Shown: piece by piece, positions 47,192 through 56,847 of the stretch | Layout: every line of letters begins with the position of its first letter | Position numbering within the stretch: position 1 is the stretch's first letter | The notes under the pieces: generated by a model | Databases searched by the model: none | What the model saw: only the letters and a program-made list of their open reading frames with translations | What the model was told of the DNA's origin: nothing | Assembly (NCBI GenBank): GCA_034659015.1 | Contig: JAYEGL010000011.1 | Coordinates: 181,310 to 245,309, forward strand | Direction of reading: 5' to 3' | Length of the DNA stretch: 64,000 nt | DNA from: Pseudomonadota bacterium | Lineage (GTDB): Bacteria; Pseudomonadota; Alphaproteobacteria; Caulobacterales; Maricaulaceae | Made by a program: the position numbers and the translations under genes

Positions 47192-49492
47192 ATGTTCAAG
47201 CGCGTCGGGGAATACCTGTTTTCCCCCGTGTCCATTGCCGGCGACGATGCCGACTGGATACGGGCGAGGCAGCTGGACGCCTTCCGGCGCTTCAGCCCCA
47301 TCGCGGCATGCGCCAATATTGCCAATGCAATCCTCGTTGCCGCCGTGCTCATGCAGACGCAACGGATGTGGCTCGGCCTCTTCTGGGCCGCCGCGATCAC
47401 GGCGCCCAACGTGCTCCACCTGATGGCATGGCGCCGTCATCGCCACCGCCCGCGAGGCTCGGCGGCTTCGCCGCGGGCGCTGCGCCGCAATCTGCGCGAT
47501 ACCGTGATCCTCGCCCTTGTCTGGGCGACTTTTCCGATCCTGTTCTACGATTCCATGGCGGGGTCCTTCCAGGCCGCGGTCACGGCCGTTACGGTCGGCA
47601 TGCTGTGCGGCGGCGCCTTCATGCTCTGCACCCTGCCGCGTTCGGCCATGGCGTGGATCGGCCTGCTGACCCTCGGCGCGCTGATCGCCCTGTTTCGCAG
47701 CCCCGACCCCGTGGAGCTCTACGTTGCGGGCCTCCTGGTCGTCTATTCGGGCGTTCTGGTCTACAGCGTGCGCTGGTTCCACACCGAATTCGTACGCCGT
47801 CTGCAGGGCGAACGCCTGGCCCAGCAGCAGACCGATCTGATCGGGCTTCTGCTGCACGATTTCGAGGAGGCCGCCTCGGACTGGCTGTGGCGGACGGATG
47901 CCGACGGCCGGATCGTGTCCGGCCTGCCCCGTTTCGATGTGGAGCCCGCCCTCCGGTCCGGCGATCGCGTGCCGGGCTTCCTACAGCTGTTCGAAAAAGG
48001 ACAAGCGGCCAATGAGCTGGCCCGCCGGATGGCCGCGGAGGACAGTTTTTCCGATCATGAAATCCGCCTGGCCGGAGATGGCGGCGTGCGCTGGGTCAGC
48101 CTGGCCGGCAAGCCGCGTTACGAAAACGGCCGGTTCGCGGGCTATCAGGGCGTGGCGTCCGATATCACGTCGGCCCGCGAGAGCGCCGAGCGCGTGGAAT
48201 ACATGGCCACGCATGATTCCCTGACCGGCCTGGGCAATCGCTGCACACTCATGCGCGCGCTCGAAGAGTGTATGGACACCCAGCGCGGCTGCAGCCTGCT
48301 CCTGCTCGACCTGGACCGGTTCAAGGTGATCAATGACACGATGGGGCATGCGGTAGGCGACCGGGTGCTGACCGTTGTCGCCGACCGGCTGCGCCACGTC
48401 GTCGGCCGCAAGGGCGCGGTCTGCCGGATGGGCGGTGACGAGTTCGCGATCGTGGTCACCGAGGGCTGCCGCGACGCGCCCTTCCTGGCACGCCAGATCG
48501 TCGATGCGGTGGAATTGCCGATCACCATCGAGGATGCCGTACTGGACTGTTCCACCTGCGTGGGCATCCGCCATCTCGGCGCGGGCGACAGCTGTGCCCA
48601 GGTCGTGATGAGCCAGGCCGATATCGCGCTCTACCGCGCCAAGGCGAGCGGCCATGGCAATGTCGTGGAATTCGACCGCACCATGGATGTCGAGGCGCAG
48701 GAATTGATGCGGCTCGAGCGCGATTTGCGGTCGGCTGTCGAAGACGGGCAGATCCATCTTCTTTACCAGCCCCTGATCGATATCGACCGGGCGCGTACGA
48801 CCGGCTGCGAGGCGCTGCTGCGCTGGACCCATCCCGAACATGGTCCCATTCCGCCGGACCGTTTCATCGAGATCGCCGAGCGCTGCGGGCTGATCGTGCC
48901 GATCGGCGAGTGGGTGATCCGTTCGGTGGTTGCCGCGGCGGCGCGGATCGACCCGGATGTGCGGGTCGCGGTCAATGTCTCGCCGGTGCAGTTGCGCAAC
49001 CCCAATCTGCCGGCCGTCTTCACCGAGGCCCTGACGGTACACGGCGTGGATCCCGCGCGGATCGAGGTGGAAATCACGGAATCGGTCCTGCTTGCCGACA
49101 CCGACGCCAACCTGTCAGTGCTTCAGAGCCTGCGCGAACTGGGACTGAAGATCAGCCTCGACGATTTCGGGACCGGCTATTCCTCGTTCAGCTATCTGCG
49201 CAAATTCGCCTTCGACAAGCTGAAGATCGATCGGAGCTTCGTCGAGCCGCTCGACCGCGAGCCGCAATCCATCTCCATCGTGGGGTCGATCAATGCGCTC
49301 GCCAAGGCGCTGAAGATGACGACGGTGGCCGAAGGCGTGGAGACCGAGCGGCAGTTCGAGGCAGTACGCATCATCGGCTGCGACCAGGCCCAGGGCTATC
49401 TCTTCGCCCGTCCGCTGACACTGGATGCTCTTGTCGATTACATCGACGCCGAGTGCAGCGGCGAGGTTCAGAGAACCGGGACGTCGCCCTAG
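47192..49492 (+). CDS. Membrane-anchored GGDEF-EAL signalling protein
   Basis: N-terminal TM helices, a PAS-like segment, a GGDEF motif (RMGGDEFAIV) and an EAL domain (GCEALLRW, DDFGTGYSS). The ATG at 47192 lies inside track ORF 46865..49492. Confidence 0.9.
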   Translation: MFKRVGEYLFSPVSIAGDDADWIRARQLDAFRRFSPIAACANIANAILVAAVLMQTQRMWLGLFWAAAITAPNVLHLMAWRRHRHRPRGSAASPRALRRNLRDTVILALVWATFPILFYDSMAGSFQAAVTAVTVGMLCGGAFMLCTLPRSAMAWIGLLTLGALIALFRSPDPVELYVAGLLVVYSGVLVYSVRWFHTEFVRRLQGERLAQQQTDLIGLLLHDFEEAASDWLWRTDADGRIVSGLPRFDVEPALRSGDRVPGFLQLFEKGQAANELARRMAAEDSFSDHEIRLAGDGGVRWVSLAGKPRYENGRFAGYQGVASDITSARESAERVEYMATHDSLTGLGNRCTLMRALEECMDTQRGCSLLLLDLDRFKVINDTMGHAVGDRVLTVVADRLRHVVGRKGAVCRMGGDEFAIVVTEGCRDAPFLARQIVDAVELPITIEDAVLDCSTCVGIRHLGAGDSCAQVVMSQADIALYRAKASGHGNVVEFDRTMDVEAQELMRLERDLRSAVEDGQIHLLYQPLIDIDRARTTGCEALLRWTHPEHGPIPPDRFIEIAERCGLIVPIGEWVIRSVVAAAARIDPDVRVAVNVSPVQLRNPNLPAVFTEALTVHGVDPARIEVEITESVLLADTDANLSVLQSLRELGLKISLDDFGTGYSSFSYLRKFAFDKLKIDRSFVEPLDREPQSISIVGSINALAKALKMTTVAEGVETERQFEAVRIIGCDQAQGYLFARPLTLDALVDYIDAECSGEVQRTGTSP

Positions 49493-49493
49493 C

Positions 49494-50651
49494 CTAGCCG
49501 ACTTCGCTCACACACACCTTGCCGTCCTTGAGCGTCAGGGACAGCTCGCCCTTCTTCAGCCGCATGGCCGGGTCGCCGAACACCTCCTTGCGCCAGCCTT
49601 TCATGGCTGCCACATCGGCGTCGTCGGACATGGCGATCTGTTCCAGGTCGGGCACGGTGGCCAGCAGTCGCGGCGCGACACCGGCCTCTTCGGCGATGTA
49701 TTTCAGCAGGACCTTGAGCAGTTCCACCGTCGGACCGGTGCCCTGGGGCGGCGGAGCGGATTTCTCCACCTTGGGGGCATAACTCTCCGCCGCGGCGAGG
49801 GCGGCCGACATCTTCTCGAACAGTCGGCGGGCCGGGGCGGAGCGCTCGAAGCCTTTCGGCACGGCGCGCAGGCCGGTCAGCTGGTCCGGCTCGGTCGGCG
49901 CGACATTGGCGATCTCGTAGATCGCATCGTCCTTCATCACGCGCTGGCGCGGCATGTCGCGGGTCTGGGCCTCGGTCTCGCGCCACGCAGCGGCGGCGCG
50001 CAGGGCGGCGAGCCATTTCGGACTGTTCTTGCGGAGCTTCATCCGGCGCCAGCTCTCTTCCGGGTCCAGCCGGTAGGTGTCCGGATTGGTGAGGATCTTC
50101 ATCTCCTCGGCGAGCCATCCGGTCCGGTTTTTCTTTTCCAGCTGTTCCTGCATGATCGGGTAGAGGTCGCGCAGGTGGGTGACGTCGGCGATCGCATATT
50201 CCAGCTGGGCGTTGCTGAGCGGGCGGCGCGACCAGTCGGTAAAGCGCGGCCCCTTGTCGATCGGGCGTTTCAGGAGCGCCTTGACCAGGGCGTCATAGGC
50301 GATCGAGTCGCCCAGGCCCAGCGCCATGGCGGCAACCTGGCTGTCGAACATCGGGTGCGGGATCAGGCTGTCACCGCCGCGGTGGAAAAAGATCTCCAGA
50401 TCCTGCCGTGCCGCATGGAAGACCTTCATGATGCGCTCGTCGGCCATCAGCTCCCAGAACGGCTCCAGGTCGATGCCGTCGGCCAGCGGATCGATGATCA
50501 CCTCCGTCGGGCCGGCGGCCGCCTGGATCAGGCAGAGCTGGGGCCAGTACACCGTCTCCCGCATGAATTCGGTGTCGACGGCTACGTATTCGTTCTGGAG
50601 GAGGTCGTCACAGGCCTGATCGAGGGCCTCGGTCGTTGTAATGATGTTCAT
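49494..50651 (-). CDS. rnd: Ribonuclease D
   Basis: DEDD exonuclease start (VAVDTEFMRE), an HRDC-like C-terminal region, and the start at MNIITTTEAL. Confidence 0.9.
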   Translation of the reverse strand: MNIITTTEALDQACDDLLQNEYVAVDTEFMRETVYWPQLCLIQAAAGPTEVIIDPLADGIDLEPFWELMADERIMKVFHAARQDLEIFFHRGGDSLIPHPMFDSQVAAMALGLGDSIAYDALVKALLKRPIDKGPRFTDWSRRPLSNAQLEYAIADVTHLRDLYPIMQEQLEKKNRTGWLAEEMKILTNPDTYRLDPEESWRRMKLRKNSPKWLAALRAAAAWRETEAQTRDMPRQRVMKDDAIYEIANVAPTEPDQLTGLRAVPKGFERSAPARRLFEKMSAALAAAESYAPKVEKSAPPPQGTGPTVELLKVLLKYIAEEAGVAPRLLATVPDLEQIAMSDDADVAAMKGWRKEVFGDPAMRLKKGELSLTLKDGKVCVSEVG

Positions 50652-50688
50652 GGAGCGGCCGTTTAGCGCGGTGCGAGTGATTTGGCCA

Positions 50689-52008
50689 TCAGGAAGGCGA
50701 GTCAGTTGCACGCCGCCACCGCAAAGACAGCCGCCAGGCAATGACGGCGCCGGCCAGAAGGCTGATGGCGGATATTGTCAGGAAGGCGGTCTGGATCGGC
50801 AGGGCGAGGGCGGCGATGACGGCAAGCACGAACTGGCCGCCGGTCGCCGTGGCCGCATTGAGAATGCCGCCGGCCGCCAGCAGGCGTCCGCGCAGTTCTG
50901 CCGGCGCCCGGCGCTGGGCCATGGCCTGCAGCGGCACGACAAAGAGACCGGCCGAAACCGCCGCCATGCCGAGATCGACCAGGATGCGCAGATTGGCGGG
51001 GTCGGCGAGGAAGGCGTTCGCCGCAATCAGGTCGGCGCCTTCGGGGGTGAGCGGGTTGGACCAGGTGTGCAGTGCCACATCGCCTGCGAACACGACCACG
51101 CCCAGCGCGCCGGCGATGGAGAAGGGCAGGGCGTCGCCATCCCCGCTCAACGCGCCGCACAACACGGCGCCCAGGGCCGCGCCGACCGTGAAGAGAGCTG
51201 AGAAGAGCAGAACCACGGTTTCGTCGGCGCCGAGCACCGAGGCCGTAAAGACCGGCATCAGCGTGATGATCGAGGCGGCTAGCATCCAGAACCAGGCGAC
51301 GCCCATCAGCGGGCGCAGCACGTCCGGTGCCTTGAGGGCAAAGCCGGCGACGCGAACTGTCTCGGCGACGAAGTTGACGGACAACGCCATGTCCGGCTGC
51401 GAGGCCGGCGCCTCGGGCAATTGCCGTATCGCGAGCCAGCCGACGATCGCCATCACGACCAGCCCGCCGCCCACGGCTTCCGGCCCGACGGCCTGGGTGA
51501 CCAGCCAGGTCCCTGTCCCGATCCCGATCAGGACCGAGACGTTGAGACAGCCGGAAATCAGGGCGTTCGCCGGCACCAGCTCGTGATCGGCCAGCAGGGT
51601 GGGCAGGGCGGAATTCTTGGCCGGCGTGAAAAAGGCCGACTGGGTGCCCATCAGGAAGAGCGCGGCCATCAGGAGGTGGGGCTGTTCGAGAATGAAGCCC
51701 AGCGCCGTGAGCGCCATCAGCCAGATTTCGGCAAACTTGGCGATGCGCATGATGCGGGTGCGGTCGAACTTGTCCGCCATGCGCCCGGCGACCGCGGAAA
51801 ACAGGAAGATCGGCACGGTGAACATGGACGCCGCCACCGACACGAGTGTCAGCCGGTCCAGGCCGAACAGGGTGAGCCCTTCGAACGTGATCAGCGTGAC
51901 CAGCGCATAGCGGAAGAAATTGTCGTTGAAGGCCCCCAGGGACTGGGCAACCAGCAGGGGCAGGAAACGCGTCTGCGTCACCAGCCGGGCGGCGATCCTG
52001 GCACTCAT
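50689..52008 (-). CDS. MFS transporter, LplT-like
   Basis: FLPLLVAQSLGAFNDNFFRYAL N-terminus and about 12 TM segments. The start ATG overlaps the stop of the upstream acyltransferase. Confidence 0.75.
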   Translation of the reverse strand: MSARIAARLVTQTRFLPLLVAQSLGAFNDNFFRYALVTLITFEGLTLFGLDRLTLVSVAASMFTVPIFLFSAVAGRMADKFDRTRIMRIAKFAEIWLMALTALGFILEQPHLLMAALFLMGTQSAFFTPAKNSALPTLLADHELVPANALISGCLNVSVLIGIGTGTWLVTQAVGPEAVGGGLVVMAIVGWLAIRQLPEAPASQPDMALSVNFVAETVRVAGFALKAPDVLRPLMGVAWFWMLAASIITLMPVFTASVLGADETVVLLFSALFTVGAALGAVLCGALSGDGDALPFSIAGALGVVVFAGDVALHTWSNPLTPEGADLIAANAFLADPANLRILVDLGMAAVSAGLFVVPLQAMAQRRAPAELRGRLLAAGGILNAATATGGQFVLAVIAALALPIQTAFLTISAISLLAGAVIAWRLSLRWRRATDSPS

Positions 52009-52742
52009 GACACGGTCTCCGTGCCGGTTTCGCGGAGCGCGCGCCCTTCGGCCTCGAGGGCGCGGGTGCGCGCTTCGATACGGGTCATCAGGCGCGGCAG
52101 GAAAGCGTCGCGCGGCAGGCCGGGCGGGATGGGGTCGAGAAACTCGATCACCGCCGGGCCGGGACACTTGGTCCACTCATTCTTCGGCCAGCGCAGGCCG
52201 GTATTGGTGGCGACGGGCACAACCGGGCGATCCAGCGTTTCGTACATGAGGTGGACGCCCTTGCGGTAGCGCCTGGCCTCGCCGACATCGGCCAGCTTGC
52301 CTTCCGGGTAGATCAGGAAGGGGCGCGGATCGTCGGCGGCCCGTTCCAGCGCGGCCGTCATGCGTCCTTCCGCCGACCGGTCGCCGGGCGAATTCACCAT
52401 GGTGGCACCCGAGCGGGCCACAATGCGCGAGACCAGCGGGAATTTCGCCACGGCGCTGCCGATGATGAAATTGATGTCGCCGACAATGGCCATCATCAGG
52501 AAGCCGTCGGCCCAGGACTGGTGTTTCGAGGCGATGATCACCGGCCGGTTCCGGGGCGGCGTGCCGCGCACCTCGATGCGGATACCCATCACGGTGCGCA
52601 TGAGCAGCCGGATGGTCCGGCTGCCGGTCCGCAGGGTCGCCCGAAGCGGTTCCGGCCGGGGCAGGAAGGAGAGGGCCGCGCAGACGAGGACGAAGATCGC
52701 CACGGTCGCATAGAAGAGCACGTTGAAAACGGTCGATCGCAT
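52005..52742 (-). CDS. Lysophospholipid (PlsC-family) acyltransferase
   Basis: H-x4-D motif (KHQSWADG) and a YPEGK block. Starts at [11 protein letters not shown]. Confidence 0.8.
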   Translation of the reverse strand: MRSTVFNVLFYATVAIFVLVCAALSFLPRPEPLRATLRTGSRTIRLLMRTVMGIRIEVRGTPPRNRPVIIASKHQSWADGFLMMAIVGDINFIIGSAVAKFPLVSRIVARSGATMVNSPGDRSAEGRMTAALERAADDPRPFLIYPEGKLADVGEARRYRKGVHLMYETLDRPVVPVATNTGLRWPKNEWTKCPGPAVIEFLDPIPPGLPRDAFLPRLMTRIEARTRALEAEGRALRETGTETVS

Positions 52743-52978
52743 GTCACTCCCCGGATCTCGGCCTGACCCTGGCAGCATCTGGTGTGCCGCTCCGGACCGG
52801 CCGGGGCCGAGACTGCGCGTGTTCTGCCGGTGGCGCAAATCTTCGGGCGCCCGTGCCTGCGGGACAGGCGGGGCGGTCACATCCCAACTGCGCCCCAGAC
52901 CCCGCGCAGCTTGACATTTCACCCTGCAAACCGGCACATCGCGGCACCTGTCTAACACCGTTCCCGGACGCTTTACCC

Positions 52979-54841
52979 ATGCACGCATACCGCACCCATA
53001 CCTGCGCTCAGCTGCGCAAGGACCATGTCGGCCAGACCGCCCGGATTTCCGGCTGGATCCACCGCAAGCGCGACCATGGCGGTCTGCTCTTCGTCGACCT
53101 GCGCGACCATTACGGTCTGACGCAGGTGGTGCTGGAGCCGGAAAGCCCGCACTTCGAGACGCTCGAGCGTCTGCGGGTTGAGAGCGTGATCACGGTGACC
53201 GGCGAAGTCATTGCGCGTTCGGACGAGACGGTGAATGCCAACCTGCCCACGGGCGAGGTGGAAGTGCGCCTGGCGGATCTGTCGATCCAGTCGGCAGCCG
53301 AGGAACTGCCCTTGCCGGTGTTCGGCGAGCCGGACTGGTCCGAGGAAGTGCGCCTGAAGCACCGCTATGTCGATCTGCGCCGGGAGAGCCTGCATAAGCG
53401 CATCGTGCTGCGTTCGCAGATCATCGACTCGATCCGCCGCCGCATGGTGGACGAAGGCTTCATGGAGTATCAGACGCCGATCCTGACGGCGTCCTCGCCG
53501 GAAGGCGCGCGCGACTTCCTGGTGCCGAGCCGTCTGCATCCGGGCAAGTTCTACGCGCTGCCCCAGGCGCCGCAGCAGTTCAAGCAGCTGATCATGGTCT
53601 CCGGCTTCGACCGCTACTTCCAGATCGCGCCCTGTTTCCGCGACGAGGACGCCCGCGCCGACCGGGCGCCGGGCGAATTCTACCAGCTCGACATGGAAAT
53701 GAGCTTCGCCACCCAGCAGGATGTGTTCGACGTGATCGAGCCGGTGATGAAGGGCCTGTTCGACGAGTTCGCCGACGGCCGTCACGTGCCGGACGAGCCC
53801 TTCGTGCAGATCCCGTATTTCGACGCCATCCGCTGGTACGGCTCCGACAAGCCGGACCTGCGCAACCCGATCAAGATGCAGGACGTCACCGAGACCTTCC
53901 GCGGTTCCGGCTTCAAGGTGTTCGCCGGCATGATCGAGAAGAATCCCAAGGTCGAGGTCTGGGCGATCCCGGCCAAGACCGGCGGTTCGCGCGCCTTCTG
54001 CGACCGGATGAATTCCTGGGCTCAGAAGGAAGGCCAGCCGGGCCTGGGCTATATCTTCTGGCGTCACCGGGGCGGTGAAATCGAAAAAATAAACCAGGAT
54101 GGCTCGCTCAACGTTACCAATGCAGATCTCGAAGCTGCGGGTCCGATCGCCAAGAATATCGGCGAGGAGCGGACCGAGGCGCTGCGCCAGCAGCTCGGGC
54201 TGGAGGCGGGCGACGCCGTCTTCTTCGCCGCGGGCGATCCGAAGGACTTCCACAGCTTCGCCGGCAAGGCGCGCGACGTGGTCGGCACCGAGCTGGACCT
54301 TTGCGAGAAAGACACGTTCCGCTTCTGCTGGATCGTCGACTTCCCGATGTATGAGTGGGACGAGGAGAACAAGAAGATCGAGTTCTCCCACAACCCCTTC
54401 TCCATGCCGCAGATCGATCCCGACGAATTCCTGGAATTCGACGGGTCCGACGCCGATGCGCTCCTGAAGCTGAAAGCCTTCCAGTACGACATCGTCTGCA
54501 ATGGCGTGGAGCTGTCCTCCGGCGCGGTGCGGAACCACCGTCCGGACGTGATGCTGAAAGCCTTCGCATTCGCCGGCTACGATGCCGAGACGGTGGAAGA
54601 GGAGTTCGGCGGCATGCTGAACGCCTTCCGCTACGGTGCGCCGCCGCACGCCGGTATCGCGCCGGGCGTCGACCGCATCGTCATGCTGCTGGCCGGCGTG
54701 GAGAATCTCCGCGAAGTCGTGATGTTCCCGAAGGACCAGCAGGCCCGCGACCTGATGATGAACGCGCCGGCCGAGGTCGAGGCGAAACAGCTGCGCGAGC
54801 TGCACCTGCGCTGCATCGTCACCGAGCCGAAAAAGGACTGA
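52979..54841 (+). CDS. aspS: Aspartate--tRNA ligase
   Basis: [13 protein letters not shown] start, OB-fold, class II motifs ([33 protein letters not shown]). Confidence 0.97.
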   Translation: MHAYRTHTCAQLRKDHVGQTARISGWIHRKRDHGGLLFVDLRDHYGLTQVVLEPESPHFETLERLRVESVITVTGEVIARSDETVNANLPTGEVEVRLADLSIQSAAEELPLPVFGEPDWSEEVRLKHRYVDLRRESLHKRIVLRSQIIDSIRRRMVDEGFMEYQTPILTASSPEGARDFLVPSRLHPGKFYALPQAPQQFKQLIMVSGFDRYFQIAPCFRDEDARADRAPGEFYQLDMEMSFATQQDVFDVIEPVMKGLFDEFADGRHVPDEPFVQIPYFDAIRWYGSDKPDLRNPIKMQDVTETFRGSGFKVFAGMIEKNPKVEVWAIPAKTGGSRAFCDRMNSWAQKEGQPGLGYIFWRHRGGEIEKINQDGSLNVTNADLEAAGPIAKNIGEERTEALRQQLGLEAGDAVFFAAGDPKDFHSFAGKARDVVGTELDLCEKDTFRFCWIVDFPMYEWDEENKKIEFSHNPFSMPQIDPDEFLEFDGSDADALLKLKAFQYDIVCNGVELSSGAVRNHRPDVMLKAFAFAGYDAETVEEEFGGMLNAFRYGAPPHAGIAPGVDRIVMLLAGVENLREVVMFPKDQQARDLMMNAPAEVEAKQLRELHLRCIVTEPKKD

Positions 54842-54867
54842 CGCCGGCGTCAGCGCCGGCCCGATGT

Positions 54868-54896
54868 AAAACGCCGGCCCCGGGGCCGGCGTTTTT
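54868..54896. terminator. Bidirectional rho-independent terminator
   Basis: aaaacgccggcccc/ggggccggcgttttt palindrome with A- and T-runs on either side. It lies between convergent aspS and the pentapeptide-repeat gene. Confidence 0.8.
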
Positions 54897-54920
54897 CGTT
54901 CGGATCATGATGTGCCGGGG

Positions 54921-56177
54921 CTAGTTTTCCGGTTCCGGCGGGTGCGGTGTGTCCGGCGGCCTGACGCGGAATTCGAAACGGGCCGTATTGCGTGCCCGCT
55001 CGATTTCCCGCCGCACCTCGCGCCGCACCTCGATGGCCGTCTCGCGCGCCACATCGCGCTGTTCGCGTTCGATCTCGCGGCGGGCCCGGTCCGCTTCGCG
55101 CAGCATCAGCACGCGTTCGCGTTCGGTCTCGGCCCGCTCGGCAGCACGCTCGCGCTGCATGGCACGCAGTTCGCGTTCCGCCCGGGCGATCTCGCGCATC
55201 GCCTCGCTGGTCGCCTCGCGAATGGCTTCCCGGTCGAGATCCTCGGCATGCACTTCCAGCGCCTGGCCGATCTGGGAGAGGACTTCGATGCGGGCATTTT
55301 CCAGGGCCTGCAGCTCCATCACGGTTTCCGCGTCGGCATCGCCGCGGAAGCGCAGCACGTAGTGGTATTCCTCGGCCGGGCTCAGCCCGCTCTCCCCGTC
55401 GCCGCCGCAGGCCGGCAGCCGCAGTCCGTCATTGAGCTCTGTGGCCTCGTCGCCGCAGGCGCCGGAGAGGTTTTCCTTGGTCAGCCCGATCGCGTCCTCG
55501 ACCCGGGCGGCGGAGAAATTCGTTCCCGCCAGATTGGCGCCGGTGAAGTCGACATCGGTAAGGTCGGCGCGTTCGAAACTTGATCCGGTCAGATCGGCAT
55601 TGCGGAAATTGACGTCGACGCCGTGCACTTCGGAGAAGTTCGCCCGTCGCAGTTCGGCGCCGCGGAAATTCGTGTCGATCAGGTTGGCCCGAAGGAAATT
55701 GACCTGGCGCAGGCGCGCATTGGCGAACAGCGTGGAATCGAGATCCGAGCCGATGAAGGTCACGAAGACCATTTCCGCGCCGGAGAAATCGGCATCGCCG
55801 AGATCGGCGGAGGAGAAGTTGACGCGTTCGATCCGCGCCGCGGAAAAGTTGGCCCCGTCCAGAAGCGCGCGCGAGAAGGTCACGCCGGTCAGGCGCGAGC
55901 CCGGCATGTCGACATCGGAAAAATCGGTATCGTTGAACCGGCTTTCCACGATGGTCACGCCGGGCAGCTCGCTGTCGGCGAAGGTCGCACCCTGGAAATT
56001 GGCGCCGATGAAGACGGCGCCGGCCAGGTTCTTGTCGGAAAAGTCCCAGTTCTCGAACTCGCCGCCGATCGTCAGACCCCGGCGCGGGTGGTCGCCGTCG
56101 CCGCCTGCCAGCGCCGGAGACGACGTAAGACAGGAGAGCGCAAACAAGGCCGAGATGACGCGTGTCGGTGTCCGCAT
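54921..56177 (-). CDS. Secreted pentapeptide-repeat protein with Arg/Glu-rich C-terminal tail
   Basis: Signal peptide, then about 200 aa of A(D/N)LxG-type pentapeptide repeats (ANFQGATFADSELPG...), followed by a roughly 100-aa ER-rich region. Confidence 0.85.
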   Translation of the reverse strand: MRTPTRVISALFALSCLTSSPALAGGDGDHPRRGLTIGGEFENWDFSDKNLAGAVFIGANFQGATFADSELPGVTIVESRFNDTDFSDVDMPGSRLTGVTFSRALLDGANFSAARIERVNFSSADLGDADFSGAEMVFVTFIGSDLDSTLFANARLRQVNFLRANLIDTNFRGAELRRANFSEVHGVDVNFRNADLTGSSFERADLTDVDFTGANLAGTNFSAARVEDAIGLTKENLSGACGDEATELNDGLRLPACGGDGESGLSPAEEYHYVLRFRGDADAETVMELQALENARIEVLSQIGQALEVHAEDLDREAIREATSEAMREIARAERELRAMQRERAAERAETERERVLMLREADRARREIEREQRDVARETAIEVRREVRREIERARNTARFEFRVRPPDTPHPPEPEN

Positions 56178-56303
56178 ATCCCCTCAGATACGGCAGTCGA
56201 CGGGCGAGTTCGACTTAATTCACAGTAACCCCGGCGTATATCGTATGAAGACAATACGGCTTTGGCCAGCCGTCCGGCCTTGTCTGCGAACAATGTTCGC
56301 AGG

Positions 56304-56792
56304 TCAGTCGCAGCGCCGGATATGCAGGCCGGCCGGCAGTTCGGTCGACGCATCGCCGCAGGCCGTATCGAGCTGGGCCTGGGTCAGGCCACGCGCGGTT
56401 CCCAGTTCCGCGCCGGACAGGTTGGCCCCGTCGAGGCGCGCGCCCGTCATGTCGGCGCTGTGCAGATAGGCGCCCACGAGGTTGGCCCGTGTCAGGTCGG
56501 CATGGCGGAAGCTGGCCGCAGTAAAACGCCCGCCGAACATGTTGGCGACCGACAGGTTGGCGTTGTCGAAACGGGCACGGTTCATCGTTGCCAGGGCCAG
56601 CGTTGCCTGGCGAAGGCGCGAACCGGACAGGTCGACGCCGGGCAGGTCGCGATAGGACAGATCGGCCTGGAACAGGTTGCAGCCGGGGCAGGACTGGCCC
56701 GACTGGACCCGGGCGATCTGGGCCGCATCCTGGGCGTGGGCCGTCGTGCCGAGGGCCAGGATTGCAAGGGCGGCAAGCCAAATCCGTATCAT
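56304..56792 (-). CDS. Secreted pentapeptide-repeat protein (short)
   Basis: Starts MIRIWLAALAILALGTTAHA (signal peptide), followed by pentapeptide repeats. The C-terminus is GLTQAQLDTACGDASTELPAGLHIRRCD. Confidence 0.85.
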   Translation of the reverse strand: MIRIWLAALAILALGTTAHAQDAAQIARVQSGQSCPGCNLFQADLSYRDLPGVDLSGSRLRQATLALATMNRARFDNANLSVANMFGGRFTAASFRHADLTRANLVGAYLHSADMTGARLDGANLSGAELGTARGLTQAQLDTACGDASTELPAGLHIRRCD

Positions 56793-56847
56793 TGTGGAAC
56801 GCTCCGAACTGTCTGTCCGGCAGGCAAGCAAGCGCCGCGCCGCGCGC

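Noticed and set aside
56218-56233. ttaattcacagtaacc upstream of the long pentapeptide-repeat gene, considered as a second CtrA box.
   Set aside because: The second half-site is TAAC/GTAAC rather than TTAAC, so it is only a near match. I mention it in a finding but do not call it as a feature.
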